A stretch of DNA of 64,000 bases. It comes from Eledone cirrhosa (taxonomy: Eukaryota). The position numbers were made by a program, and so were the translations under genes. The notes under the pieces were generated by a model that was given only the letters and a program-made list of their open reading frames with translations, searched no databases and was not told where the DNA came from. The stretch lies in NCBI GenBank assembly GCA_964016885.1, contig OZ024749.1, forward strand, positions 48,546,001-48,610,000, written 5' to 3'. Below are positions 41,938 to 56,506 of this stretch, in pieces; position 1 is the first letter of the stretch, and every line of letters starts with the position of its first letter.

Positions 41938-44006
41938 TTGTGGGTGTATTTAAGACAGGAATATTTTGTCTGTTCTTGTGTGGATGCACACACCATTTTA
42001 ACTTTCATTCTTGTGATCAATGATAAATATATTTGTTATTCATACATTTTTTTATATATTTCATTTAAAAGTTTAAGTAGGTTACGAAGGTTGCCTGAAG
42101 CAACACAATAATTATAATGCACGGTTGCCAGATGAAGATATCTGCTAATTATTGCCTCCAGTATTTGGAGATTAGTATAGATTGTGAGATTGTGTTGGTT
42201 TACAACAACATCTCGCTGAATTTTCCTTTATCATCCAATCACAATACCAGATACACCCATTAGCAATATTAGTGGGTGTTCACTTTGTAATTAACAACGA
42301 CAATAGCAGCAACAACAATAATACTACGAGAACAATATATTTGGTTTTAAGAAAATGCAAAATTAAATATTCCAACAATTTGAAGTAATACAAAATGAAA
42401 AAATGAATTGAAATAAAGTAAATTAAAACAAAAATTATTTCAACAACTTTTCCCTTCATTTAGAAAAGCTGATATTAAGAATGGCTACAATTCTGTTTAA
42501 ATAGCAATACTACACTCGTTCGTTAGCAAATATTGGTATTTGAAATAATTCGTACTGATATCATTCTGATAGACATGATCTGAAATTTGAAAATCAACAT
42601 CAATAATAACCAGAATTAGTGAATGACTAACAATAAATAAATGTGTGTAAATGTGTCTTAGTTTGACAGAGAAACTAAAAGATGGAGGGAGAAAGGAAGG
42701 AAAATATAGAAAAATAGGCACTGGAAAGGGAAGTTTCTATATAGATGGAGTTGAGATAGATGATGAAAGAGAAGGCGATCAAGATCGAGACTAGAAAACT
42801 GTCTCGCATGGCGCCTTTTAAGAAAATTTTATTTAAATATATATCTTTTTCTGTGATCTATTGATATATTTTCTTGTTAAAGATTGATTTCATATGGGTT
42901 GAGGAAATTAGTTACGTCAGTGTTTAAATTAATAAATTAAGCAGGTGGGTAATTATGATGTTTCATTACGACTAGATAATTTTAGATATGCATTCAAATT
43001 TCTTTGCATTCATTAAAGGGATAATGTTATGCATACACTTACACATAGGTACATACACACATACATAAATACATACATACATACGTACGTTCATACACAC
43101 ATACATGCATACATACATACGTAGTTCATTCATACATATTTAGATACATACAATCTCGCGTACCTACAAATATATATATTCACATACATGCATGTATGTA
43201 TATATATCTACATATAAAACGAAACACATGTTTGTATGTGGACATATGAGTGTCTGTGAGACTGTATGTGTGTGTGCGATCGAAAGTTAATATCGTGAAT
43301 CTTGATTCGACGCTAGTTAAATTGGTGTTTTTCCTGAGATCTGTTGTAAGTAATATGTCAATTCCGACGAATATTCCATGACATCTAACTAATTGCTATT
43401 GGTCTCGAATCAGCTGTGAATGCTCTTGCATCTTGTTACGCCTTGGCTCAATACACCTGAAGTTATACCCATGTATTGGTTATATTGTTAGTAAACTGAA
43501 TATCAATGAATCTGCATCAAATCATTAAAGACCTGACCAGATTGCACATGAAAAAAATCAATGTAAATTAGAAAGGAAAGGAAGTGTACTTACGTACATA
43601 TCAAAGTGGCTACGAACTCAAGATTGCGAGGAGATTTTATAGGCATGATTGATTCTTTGGTATATGTGACAAATCGAAAATACGAATCGATGTATTGATA
43701 ATGTTGAGCTTTTGGGAGCTGATTGATGTGCATTGATATATGGATGGCACGCGGACAATACACTTGATTCAGAATGGACAAAGATTGCATGGTTATTCTC
43801 AATTATCTCTCATGTTATTCGCAAGTGGAAAGGGTAATACAGACATACGGTGAAGAAAGCAGGTTCTATGTGAAACGTATGTGTACAGTTTCTTTAAACA
43901 TTGTGATTACAGATTGCATAGTGTATTGTCATTCCACTGAAAGCGACATGCAATATATCTATGGAATGGTTATTACATATAGAACCACCTACACACACGC
44001 AAGCAT

Positions 44007-44076
<70 letters not shown>

Positions 44077-44175
44077 TACAAGGACGATTTGTTAAGCCTT
44101 CTTTACGTGTATTGATTCGTGGTGTGTGTGTGCATGGATGTATGATTGTATCAATACACGCATGCTAATACATAC

Positions 44176-44230
<55 letters not shown>

Positions 44231-44633
44231 CGCGCGTGTGTGTGTGTGTGTGTGTGAGTGTGTGTGTGAATGTGTGCGTGTGTGTGTATGTATGAGTATG
44301 TGTGCGCGTGTGTCTGTGTTATGTATATGTGGAAGTGATAATATAGGAAAGATATTTTCTGCAACTTGACTCCTCGAAATTCTAGTCTCCAGAAGGCTCT
44401 GCATTAAAGGTTTCCTAGGATGCTACACATTAAAATAATTCGGCCAGGTTTTTTCTCATAAAATATAATATTTGCTATTATAGCAACTATAATAATATAG
44501 AATGATATATTATTGTATGATATATATGATCATTAAAACTAATAGAATTCTTGTTCCATGCATCATATTCACTTCTTGAATATTTATGAGAGATTCTCTA
44601 AAATAAAACATATTTATACATATAAATATATAA

Positions 44634-44757
<124 letters not shown>

Positions 44758-44781
44758 TCTATCTCTCTCTCTCTTTCTGTC

Positions 44782-44818
<37 letters not shown>

Positions 44819-44866
44819 GTGTGTGTGTGTGCATATCTGTTATCTATATATTTATCACATCTCTTA

Positions 44867-44934
<68 letters not shown>

Positions 44935-45349
44935 ATGTGTGTGTATGGAGGGGGGCGCATGTCTGTATTGATTTTTGCAAACGCAGAAAAAATATTTAAT
45001 ATATTTTCAGTGTGTGATGCTTTTAATTTGAAAACAATATATAAAACATATAATTATATAATAACATACATTATTACAATTGCAATTTTTTAAATTACCA
45101 CGCTTCTTGAGAATTTTGAATGGAAATAGAGTATCTCATTTTATATAAACATTTGCACTTGTGTAAGTGCGCAGGCTATATGTGTAGGACTACGCATATG
45201 AACATTCACGCATCCATTTACAGTCCATATCACTAAATGAAATCGAAAATTCTATTCTGATAATTTCTTCATTGAACATTGTATCTATTGTCTCAGATGA
45301 ATTCATGAGAATGATACATGTCTTGCCCTGCAGAACTCATCTGTCTCAC

Positions 45350-45491
<142 letters not shown>

Positions 45492-45493
45492 AA

Positions 45494-45594
45494 CATCCCG
45501 GGTTCAACCGAGGGTAACCACAGTAAGTAAGGTACTCCTGATGATTTCTCCGGAATTAAACAGTTCTAGTCCCGTATAAGCCTTTCTTTATTAA

Positions 45595-45597
<3 letters not shown>
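45494..45597 (+). ncRNA. Deleted and mutated copy of the 56.5 kb hammerhead element
   Basis: CCGGGTT.AA.CG..GGTAACCACAGTAAGTAAGGTACTC joined to CTGATGATTTCT...TAAACAGTTCTAGTCC.GTA. It lacks the 5' stem I arm and has GAAA->TAAA. (TA)n on both sides. Confidence 0.7.
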
Positions 45598-45655
<58 letters not shown>

Positions 45656-45743
45656 GTGTATAACACTTTGTTCACACTAAATAAGCTCACTTCCAACATA
45701 TCGAACACTGTTTCCTTGATCTTCCATCTACGGATTTCTACCA

Positions 45744-45915
45744 ATTGGCAGTATCGGTAGAGGGTCGGATGCCATGCTTTCCAGCATAGTTACGTCCCTT
45801 TACGATCTGAGTACAAATCCCGCCGAGGTTGACTTTGCCTTTCATCCTTACGGGGTCGATAAAATAAAGTACCAGTAATGAACTGGGTAATTGCTGGCCT
45901 TGTGCCTAAAGTAGA

Positions 45916-45921
<6 letters not shown>
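45744..45921 (+). mobile_element. Full-length dominant SINE
   Basis: A box TGGCAGTATCGG, B box GAGTACAAATCC, central domain, tail AAAGTAGAAACAA. Confidence 0.9.
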
Positions 45922-45972
<51 letters not shown>

Positions 45973-47074
45973 TAATTAGATTATGTGTTAGTCAATCACC
46001 TACACTTTAGTATGCAGGGTAGAGCACGGAGTACGCAGGTGTGCCTCTTCCGGAATATATCTATAAACACGACGTACTATGCACGAATGGATATTTACAT
46101 GCCTGTCGAAAAGTATGTTAATATATGCAATGGTTTTAGGGGGTCTTCTACAACTACTAAAGTATATGTACATTCATCGGTGTCATACATCCTTACTTAC
46201 TTATATATATATTTCTAATTATTTCTGTCCAAATCATATTCCCTTTTTATTAATTGCTTTACATTTTCTGATATATGCTGTAATTATCAGCCTATATAAT
46301 CCAGAATTAAGTACGTAACTTGCACTTCGCCGAGAGATAAACATAAGTAAATGAAAAGCAAACTTTACTTTTAATATTATTTCCATAAACATCTTACCAT
46401 ACTTCTAACGTAATGTATTCCTAACTTTTTAATATATACATATATTGTTTACTATAATTTATGCATAAACTAATGGTGAGGTGCCTTCTTTTAAAATGTA
46501 TGATAAATCGGATTATGTGCCTTCACAGTGTTTCCGCTTCACCGTGGTGACTTTCAAATCCAACATTGGATGACTTACACTTTCATTTCTTCTGGGTCGA
46601 AAATAATGCACCACTCTTAGGGAGGTGGATTCTTTGATGGAATGCTTTGCGTGTTTTCATTAGCATATGTGTATACTACGCTCAAATTGATACTTTGATT
46701 CCATGTGAAGATTATGTCAGCAGTTGCGAGAGGCAGAATTTCTCCTCAATAGAGTGATGAAAATACATTCTTCCTGTTATATACCGAGGATCTGATTTGT
46801 TCTTTACGTTTGTTTACAAATAAAATTAATAGCTGGTATGCTGTAAGAATTTTCTAAACTTAATATATTTTCTAATGATCACAACAATACACAGTTTTAA
46901 ATGAAGACGGATTATATATATAAGCTTATATAAACATTGCTTGACATATATAGTAATAATTATCTCCCTAGTCTGTTAGAATGTTGTTTTCTTTAACGAG
47001 ATAATTTTCGATAACATTTTCGATAACATTTCGTAGTTCGTCATACACGAACATTAATTAATTAATTAATTAAT

Positions 47075-47198
47075 TCTTCTTCTTCTTCTTCTTCTTCTTC
47101 TTCTTCTTCTTCTTCTTCTTCTTCTTCTTCTTCTTCTTCTTCTTCTTCTTCTTCTTCTTCTTCTTCTTCTTCTTCTTCTTCTTCTTCTTCTTCTTCTT
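47075..47198. repeat. (TTC)n microsatellite
   Basis: Pure tract of about 41 units. Confidence 0.95.
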
Positions 47199-47369
47199 CA
47201 CAACCTTTATACATATTATATGCTCCAGTCCAATAAAATTCATTTCTGACGAGGTCATTAGTACTAAAATAATAATGTAAATTATAAACAGAACCTAATG
47301 AAACATACACAGTTTTAATAGCTATCATAATTATTTAAATTATACATCGATGCTTCTTTATGGGAAAAC

Positions 47370-47484
<115 letters not shown>

Positions 47485-47583
47485 GAGAGAGAGAGAGAGT
47501 AAGAGAGAGAGAGATACAGAGAGATATAGAGACATAGAAAGAGAGAGAGATAGAGAGAGAGAGAAAGAGAGAGAGTGAGAGAA

Positions 47584-47670
<87 letters not shown>

Positions 47671-48099
47671 ACAGAGAATATGGAAGAGAAACAAGGAAAT
47701 AGAGAGAAAGTGGGTGTGAGAGAGAAAGTGAAATAAATGAATTCGTGGGGAAAATGATTTCAAAATATCGCACCATGTTCAAGTATTAATTAAGAATCCT
47801 TACTGTGATATAGCGTGAATTGCACATTGCTGTGAAACGAAACGGAGTAATTAAAATAACCTTATTTAATATCTCCATTTATATTTTGCTATATATTTAT
47901 GCATCTAAACAAATAATTATTATTGGTTGTGTTAATTTTATCATTGGTTTCATCTATAGGATTGTATTGCACATTTCATAGATATATTTACTATATTAGA
48001 TGCGGGAATTATTATGTAAATCTAAGAATATAATTTGTTTCAAAATATAATCAATATTTATATATATCTATCTATAACTATATATGTATGCATGTATGT

Positions 48100-48137
<38 letters not shown>

Positions 48138-48444
48138 AGAATATTTTCGAAACAGCGAGTTGGTTTGAAATTATTAGAAACGTTTCTAATAATATATATA
48201 TATATTGAAACACTTGCGTACAAATGTGCGTATGTCGAAGCACACGATTGTTTTCTTATAGGCTTTATTAAATTACATATTTCGACATTAGTGAAGAAAT
48301 TGATATCTAAAGAATATTTCCTTTGATTACCAAAAAACTAAGTGTAACATATCATTGATCTCAGATTAATTTGTTTTATCCTGTAATATATTTACACACA
48401 TACACTCAAACACATAAATGCACACGAATACATACACACACACT

Positions 48445-48477
<33 letters not shown>

Positions 48478-48671
48478 GTGTGCGTTTCACACACATTTAT
48501 ACATGCGCGCGCTTATGTGTTGAAGAGTAAATACAAACGGCAAAAGGCGAGTTTTAGTGATTAACCTGATCATAGTTTTATGATCGTTTCAGATGGACGA
48601 TATATTCGATGTTCTTGTACTAATATGGAAAATAATTATTTGTATTTACTAACGTATGGGTATTATATTCT

Positions 48672-48975
48672 TTTGCCTTTCATCCTTACAGGTTCGATAA
48701 AATAAAGTAACAGTAATGCACTGGGTAATTGCTGGCCCTGTAGAAAACGAATAAACAATTATATTCTCTTATTATATTCTATAGAGCGATGGATTGGCAG
48801 TATCGGTAGAGGGTCGGAAACCATGCTTTGCAGCAATGATTTACGGCCCATTATGGTCTGAGTTCAAATCCCGTCGAGGTTAACTTTGTCTTTCTTCCTT
48901 ACGGGGTCGATAAAATAAAGTACCAGTAATGCACTGGTATGATTGCTGGCCATGTGCTAAATGTAGAAACAATTA
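48672..48975 (+). mobile_element. Truncated plus full-length tandem copies of the dominant SINE
   Basis: 3' half at 48672-48750, complete copy at 48790-48975. Confidence 0.88.
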
Positions 48976-49524
48976 TATTTTCTTATTGATTTCCTTTAAT
49001 GCTCTGTGTGATATTTGAACTCATATTAAGATGATAAAAATGGCATATATTCTACCTATTAGATTTTCATAAAATATCGTGTAGATATGTTTTACAGATA
49101 CACATGCAAATAATGATAGTGAGTGGCATCAGAAAGTGAATCCAGTATGACCTTTACTCATAGTCTATGACGCTACTGTTTATAATTAGTATTCTCAGTG
49201 CATTATTTGAAAGTAAGGTAACTATAAATTATATGTAATTTGTAGGAAAGGGTGTACAGTGGAAAGATAAAACTATATAACTATTAATTGAAGCAAGTAG
49301 AGGAAAATGTTATAGTCTCTCATTGCAGAATGATATCGTCTTGCTATCTAAACATTCTCAATGATTGAATTATGTTTATCATCATTTTGAATTTGGAAAT
49401 GGACATTGAGTTTTCAAGATATATATTATAAATGTCACAATCTGGTGATCTAATTATTTCACCTATACCTATATATATCACATAAGAAACGGAGAATCAG
49501 TGGTGCGATGAATAAAATGTGTTA

Positions 49525-49619
49525 GACATACTTTAATCGTTTCTCTGGCGACCAGCTCGAGGTACGATCGATGCATTGATCGAACCTGACTCTGAAATCG
49601 CAAGATCCTCAGATACGTC
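49525..49619 (-). ncRNA. Type I hammerhead motif with extended stem II
   Basis: Minus strand: GACGTAT-CTGAGGA-TCT(T)GCGA...AGGT(T)CGATC/GATCG(T)ACCT...TCGC(C)AGA-GAAACGATTA-aaGTATGTC. Next to (TA)n. Confidence 0.6.
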
Positions 49620-49653
49620 ACGATTCTACGAAGCAGAGTTTAAATATATATAT

Positions 49654-49745
<92 letters not shown>

Positions 49746-49752
49746 GTATATA

Positions 49753-49809
<57 letters not shown>

Positions 49810-49860
49810 ATATATATATATATAAACATATATACATATGTATATAAACATATATATATA

Positions 49861-49956
<96 letters not shown>

Positions 49957-49974
49957 TAGATAGATAGATAGATA

Positions 49975-50340
49975 TATTTCTTTATTTACCATAAAGGCAT
50001 AAAAATAAGGGACAAATACAAAGGGGGAGTTTGAATACAATCGAGTAAAAAGGGTGTAACATGAAAATAATCGAAAATAACCTCAAAAGGGAGGGGACGT
50101 GATGGGGGTTGCACACACCCCCGAAAAAGTGTGCAATCCTTTGCCCGGGGAGCACATGGAGAAGGTGCTCCCCTCTCCTTTACTTCTTTACCTACAGGAT
50201 GGTATACAGAGAAGGCCCATTTACACGATCCATTCACGCCACTATCACCCACCTTTCATAAAACTGCCCGTGGCCAAGCACCTCTCTCTCCATTCTTATC
50301 CTTCTTCCGAAGTGATATCGGAAGAAGTAGACCAGACTGT

Positions 50341-50342
<2 letters not shown>
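49975..50342 (-). mobile_element. 3' end of a probable Tx1/L1-clade LINE inserted in (GATA)n
   Basis: SLVYFFRYHFGRRIRMEREVLGHGQFYERWVIVA* resembles a Tx1 ORF2 terminus; ~250 nt 3' UTR with AATAAA; (TATC)n on both sides. Confidence 0.55.
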
Positions 50343-50408
<66 letters not shown>

Positions 50409-51318
50409 AATATATAGTATATACGTAAATGTAATTGAGATAATGTTATATAGTATAATACGTAGCACATTTTTCTCACATTGAATTTAATATAATTGTT
50501 CTGCCTGTTCCAATAATTTAGTTCTGAAATATATGTTCATTCACAGTGTCCAGCATTGCGATGAATTAACGGGTTCAATGCATTATACACCGGAGTATTT
50601 AGTCGTCTTTATTACTTTCATTGGTTGAGTTGAATTCCTGCTGTGGTAATATTTATAAATAATCAATCCAAGGTTTAATAAAATAAATAATAATCTATTA
50701 CTGGATGATATAATCACGAATACCTTTTAAATATTCTGTGTCAAGGTGAGTAATAATTAAATAATCTCTTCTCCCATGCAGATAGGAGATAGACTTAAGT
50801 TGAACTGTCAGTGTTCTTCGTAATTCTATCGAGGTCAAGTCAGTGGGCCAGAATTATCGTTTCATGCATTTCATATAAAAATGTGTCATACATATACTGG
50901 TATATATTGAACGTTTTGTGTTTTGTGTTTCTCCAAAATGTAGACATATACATACGTATCACATATTTATCATGTATCTAGTAATTATTAGCTTGTTCTC
51001 CGTTACATCTGTATGATCTGATATGGCAGAAATTGGTTTGCCATTTCAGGTAGATCAAAGAAACCAACAACATAATTCATAGTTCCGCTCAGGTTTCCTG
51101 GTGATAACAAACGTTTTTTTTGTTTATGATTGGAAAATTTTCCTCGGAATATTTCATGTGTGCGAGTATCTAGTAATTGTCTAATAACTTATATAATCTC
51201 ACTGTGAATAACATAAAATCACGGACAATGAAATATATATGTCTAAGCTAAATTCCTTCCATATTCTGTAACGATTGTGTTGTTATTTCTGTTTAACTTT
51301 TACATATATATATATATA

Positions 51319-51446
51319 TAACAAAGGAATTGTGGTAAGGATCCAGATGGACCATAACGCACCAGAGTACTCAATACTTAGGGTAGTATAGTGGAAAATA
51401 AGAAAAGGTATGACCCCAACGGCAGAGCTCAAGCCGTTTCGACGGC

Positions 51447-51452
<6 letters not shown>
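51319..51452 (-). mobile_element. Second copy of the 12.2 kb island, without the fold-back
   Basis: The reverse complement aligns to 12189-12318 (TAGCCGTCGAAACGGCTTGAGCTC.GCCGT.GGGGTC...ACTACCCTAAGTATTGAGTA...GCGTTATGGTCCA). (TA)n on both sides. Confidence 0.85.
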
Positions 51453-51498
<46 letters not shown>

Positions 51499-52055
51499 CA
51501 GAGACAGATAAATACACGATATTGACACAAAGATGTAAAAAAATATATAAATTGTAGAAATTTAATCCAGATATCCGATGATGTGTAATGTTCCTTTACT
51601 TTATTACTAGAACTAATTGTGGCATATGATTTATGAACGACGTAATGCAATATCATTTTCAGTTATATACAATTATTCATTTTATTTTATTTACTGATTT
51701 TTATGAGTTTATATTCATGACGATTGTAATGTAATGATTAAAGAGACTCCACTGAATAGTAGGTAAGTCAATGCTTGTAAATATGTATGCGCATATATAT
51801 AACTATATATATATATGGGGGGGGGTTCTTGATTGTGCAGTAAAGATACACAAGTATTCGCCATGATGAGTATAGAATAACAATGTTACCTTACATTTGA
51901 ATTTTTTTTTATCCTGAAAGATCAATGCCTATAATTTTGTGCTTAACAAATGATGAGATAATAATGAGTAGGGAAAAAGTATAGTTAATATACTCTCCTC
52001 TTTGTATTGCTAACGAGGACACCACATTTCCCAGAGTAAGAAATGTAAATTAAAT

Positions 52056-52545
52056 AATTGTTTCTACTTTAGGGACAAGGCCAGCAATCACCGAGTGCAT
52101 TACTGGTACTTTATTTTATCGACCCCGTAAGGATGAAAGGCAGATTTGAACTCAGATAGTAAATGGACGTAACTATGCTGGAAAGCATGGTGTCTAACCC
52201 TCTAAACAATACTGCGAATCCACCGATAAAGGTCACATATTCCCACTGACTAAATCATTGCACGTTTCCACTTTCCACTCAGAATGCTTTACGATATATA
52301 ACAACATTCATTAGCAATACAATTATACAGCAAGAATTATTATATTTTACTTAAAATATAATTGTTTCTACTTTTGGCACAAGGCCAGCAATTACTCAGT
52401 ACATTACTGGTACTTTATTTTATCGACCCCGTAAGGATGAAAGGCAACGTTAACCTCGGTGGGATTTGAACTCAGAATGATAAGGGCTGTAACTCTTTTC
52501 TGTAAAGCATGGCGTCCGACCCTCTACCGATACTGACAATCCACA
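52056..52545 (-). mobile_element. Two copies of the dominant SINE (52056-52225 and 52360-52545)
   Basis: Each shows the tail, central domain and B/A boxes. Confidence 0.88.
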
Positions 52546-53273
52546 ATGCAAATATGAACAACAAATCTATCTTTCCTAAGCTCTCTTCCATGCATTCTAC
52601 TTCCTTGTTCGGCACATTATGTACCTACACGTTATTCACTATTATTTGGTAAGCACTTCCTTTGTGTCGTACATTAAAATGTTTGACTTCATTAATCTTA
52701 GTTTGTTATCATTTTAATTTATTTATTTTTCCTCTAATTAACATATCACCCCACAAATGCTGAAGCAACATTACAAGTTCATACTCAACATCATTAGATG
52801 TTTTCGTTTTCTTGTATTATGATTTTCTTCATTATACAAAATTAACTCCACAAAATTACTTCTATCTAATGTTTACTGGAGACATTTCAATTAAATGTTT
52901 AACACATTAATCGAACGTTGGTTATTTCACATTAAGAATAAAATAGAAAAAATGCTCTAACATTTTTGGTTGCGTATATCACGAAAATGTGGCGCCCATG
53001 CTGGTTTTTGAAATCTTTACTTAAATTTTTTTAAAAAACCTGCTGATTAATGAATATATTTATTCCTGAAACCTTAGGTCCATCATGACGTGATATTAAA
53101 GCACACAAAATCAATTATATTTACTCCCTGTAGAATATATATCAAATGTATAAGTTGTATACATACATACGCACAAACAAATATATGCATATATATATAT
53201 GTGTAAAGAGTAACAGAATATTGTTAAAGGTAATCCAGTTAGAGGTTGTGAATACTTCTTATTATGGATAGTT

Positions 53274-53278
53274 TTAGC

Positions 53279-53313
<35 letters not shown>

Positions 53314-53315
53314 CG

Positions 53316-53373
<58 letters not shown>

Positions 53374-53375
53374 CG

Positions 53376-53433
<58 letters not shown>

Positions 53434-53435
53434 CG

Positions 53436-53484
<49 letters not shown>

Positions 53485-53488
53485 TAGC

Positions 53489-53540
<52 letters not shown>
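53274..53540. repeat. Higher-order 60 bp repeat of (TA)n punctuated by TTAGCG
   Basis: TTAGCG at about 53274, 53310, 53370, 53430 and 53484, with a matching single G interruption in three units. Confidence 0.85.
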
Positions 53541-53541
<1 letters not shown>

Positions 53542-53624
53542 AAGGGTAAACAAAAATAACAACACAATCGGTACATTATAAGGAAGATATATTTTAGGTA
53601 AACGCTTGATATAGCAGGAAGAGA

Positions 53625-53662
53625 ATCTTAACGTTTTGGACGCTAGTCCTTCATCCGCAGAA
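53625..53662 (-). ncRNA. Decayed minimal hammerhead motif
   Basis: TCTg-CGGATGA-AGGA(CTAGCG)TCC-AAAACGTTA-AGA; palindromic AACGTT; island between (TA)n tracts. Confidence 0.5.
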
Positions 53663-53777
53663 ATAATGAAAAATAAAATAGATTGAGGGGACGGGCGGGA
53701 GGGAATTGGAAAAAATGTCTTTAGATAAAAATAACAGGTCCATTCATGTTGACATATCTTGCCACACTGTTGGTGCT

Positions 53778-53848
<71 letters not shown>

Positions 53849-53850
53849 AT

Positions 53851-53891
<41 letters not shown>

Positions 53892-54086
53892 TTGATAGAG
53901 AGAGAGAGAGATGCAGAGATAGAGAGAGTGATTTTAGATATAGATATATATATATATATATATATATAGATATACATATTATATACATAAATACTTACTT
54001 ATATACATACATACATACATACATACATACATACATACATACATACATACATACATACATACATTCATACATACATACATACATAC

Positions 54087-55140
54087 GTGGTCTAAAATCC
54101 ATATTAACATCATATGAGACCCGGATAGTAACACTGAAGCAACATCTTCAACAGGTTTATGAGCATGAAGAAAAAAATATCATTAGGATAGCCACTGATC
54201 TGTAGGAGAGATATAGAATAAAGGCTGATATAAATCTATCACCCAGAGAAATCGGAAGATCCTATTCAATGTTCAATCAAGATGAAAAAAATGACCAATT
54301 TACAGAAAAAGTTGTGCATGGATACTTGATACGTAAAACACAGACCATAGATGGGATAAACCACTCAAAAAGCATGGCATGGTGTTCCGACAAGTTTATG
54401 ACATCACACCTTGAGGGATATCTCTATGCAATACAGGAACAATAACTCCCTACCAAAAGAGGAGGGCTATCAGCTGACAATAAATGCAGGCTATGTAAAA
54501 CAAAGATCGAAGATGTAAGCCACATAGTTGCCAGCTGCGAAAGAATGTCATCTCGCTACTACCTCACCATGATACACGATAGGATAGCTAGAACCATCTG
54601 GAACGCACTTCGGAAAACAAAATTTAAAACAAACGAGGAAGAATATATTGAGACAGAGGGCACTAAGGAATACTGGTGTAACCTGAAAATAAAAACTGCC
54701 ACCAAATTAAAGCACAACCGGCCTGATTTTGTTGTTTGGGACCACACATTGAACACTTGTTCTGTTGTGGAGATCAGCTGCCCACTTGATGTAAAAGTTG
54801 TCAGAAAAATACAGGAGAAGGAGGACATCTACGGACCATTGATGAGGAGTTTACAAATCCAGTATCCAAGATACACTTTTAGCTTCATACCCATCATTAT
54901 TAGAGCTACGGGGGATATACCAACTCGCTTGGACCAATGTATAACTGAACTTGGATTTGCGCACAAGGAGAGCAGCTCCCTAATTCATAGTCTACAAATG
55001 GCTGCGATAGCTGGCACCGTCAAAATTTGCAAAGCATTCTTGCGATTCAAGGGATGACAACTTCTTTTCTTTTACAACCTTGCCACCAGGAAGATGGCCG
55101 GTCAAAAATATACTCGAAATTAGGAGAAAGAGATAATATA
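54087..55140 (+). mobile_element. 5'-truncated, disrupted R4/Dong-like non-LTR retrotransposon (restriction-like endonuclease) in (CATA)n
   Basis: RGLKS...HG...EGYLYAIQE...CRLC....EDVSHIVASC (CCHC knuckle), IHD (RHD motif), HNRPDFVVWD...VVEISCP (RLE), IPIII.A.G. In-frame stop at 54203. 3' UTR runs into CATG/CATA repeats. Confidence 0.85.
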
Positions 55141-55148
55141 CATGCATA

Positions 55149-55240
<92 letters not shown>

Positions 55241-55609
55241 CAAATACTTTCATACAAAAACCTATATACACACAAAAAAGAGAAACATAGACGTACAGGA
55301 AAATGTGTGAGTGCAATACAACATATTTGTGTGGCGTTTGTATGGGTGCATGACTACGTGTGTGTAAGCGAGTGAGATAAACATACAAACAACATTTTTC
55401 ATCTCTGAATGATTGATTATATTTCGTAGTGTTTTGGAAAGATGCGAATCATAACGCTCCTATATAAATATCGAAATTGATAGTATATCTGGTTGACAGA
55501 ATACGTAGCAGGAATAAAAGAAACATTAGCATACGCTATACAGCCCTTCACACAATTGTATAATGTACTCCGGGCGATGTATTTTCGAGAACACACATAT
55601 ATATATATG

Positions 55610-55732
<123 letters not shown>

Positions 55733-55861
55733 ATGTGTGTATATATATATATTTAAATATATATATATATATCACGATAAATTAACGGAGGCATAGGCCG
55801 TCGTTATTCCCTGTAAATAATGTGCTCAAAGGGGAAGAGATCCTGAGCCCTTTAAAATATA

Positions 55862-56340
55862 ATATGTTGAGAAGGTAACACACCAGAGAGAGATATATGG
55901 TGCGCTCCTAACAACAGTCTTTCCTATCTGTGTTTGGTTGAGCATACTTCTCTGAGTGGCTTTGGGCTGCCCTTTCTAGCAGTTCGTCTCTCAGAGGCCA
56001 CTGGTTCACTGCCCTTAAACACGCTGTGACTTCTCCCTCCCACGTGTAGCTGGACAGTCAATTGTAAAATTCTCTTAGTGTTGTCTGAAATGTATGGCCT
56101 TACACACGCTGATGAACCGAGACTAGACCATTTCTTTCAACAAATTTTCTGGTGAAACATATCTTTGGATTTGTACGTGTGTTATATAGTTATAAAGGTA
56201 TTTATTTACGCTTTAATTTATATTTTTAATTATCGTGTCTATAGTCTGCCTTTCATAGGTTATAGATTCCATACACTGGTGGTTTTTTCCCTGTATTATT
56301 GATAGCGCACCATATATCTCTCTCTGGTGTGTTACCTTCT

Positions 56341-56348
<8 letters not shown>
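55862..56348. mobile_element. ~490 bp element bounded by perfect 45 bp inverted repeats, containing a hammerhead ribozyme
   Basis: ATATGTTGAGAAGGTAACACACCAGAGAGAGATATATGGTGCGCT (55862-55906) is the exact reverse complement of 56304-56348. The right end abuts (TA)n. Confidence 0.85.
56102..56182 (+). ncRNA. Type I hammerhead ribozyme, intact core
   Basis: Stem I ACACACG/CGTGTGT; CTGATGA; stem II ACC/GGT; GAAA; stem III ACA(T)ATC/GAT(T)TGT; GTA site with predicted cut after 56175. Confidence 0.82.
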
Positions 56349-56439
<91 letters not shown>

Positions 56440-56506
56440 CGTTATTCCGGGTTGAATCGGAGGTAACCACAGTAAGTAAGGTACTCAATACATAGCAGAG
56501 TATAAC

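Noticed and set aside
53274-53540. CRISPR-like or telomeric array (regularly spaced TTAGCG)
   Set aside because: Spacers are (TA)n rather than unique sequence, there are no cas genes, the context is eukaryotic, and the motif is not tandem TTAGGG.
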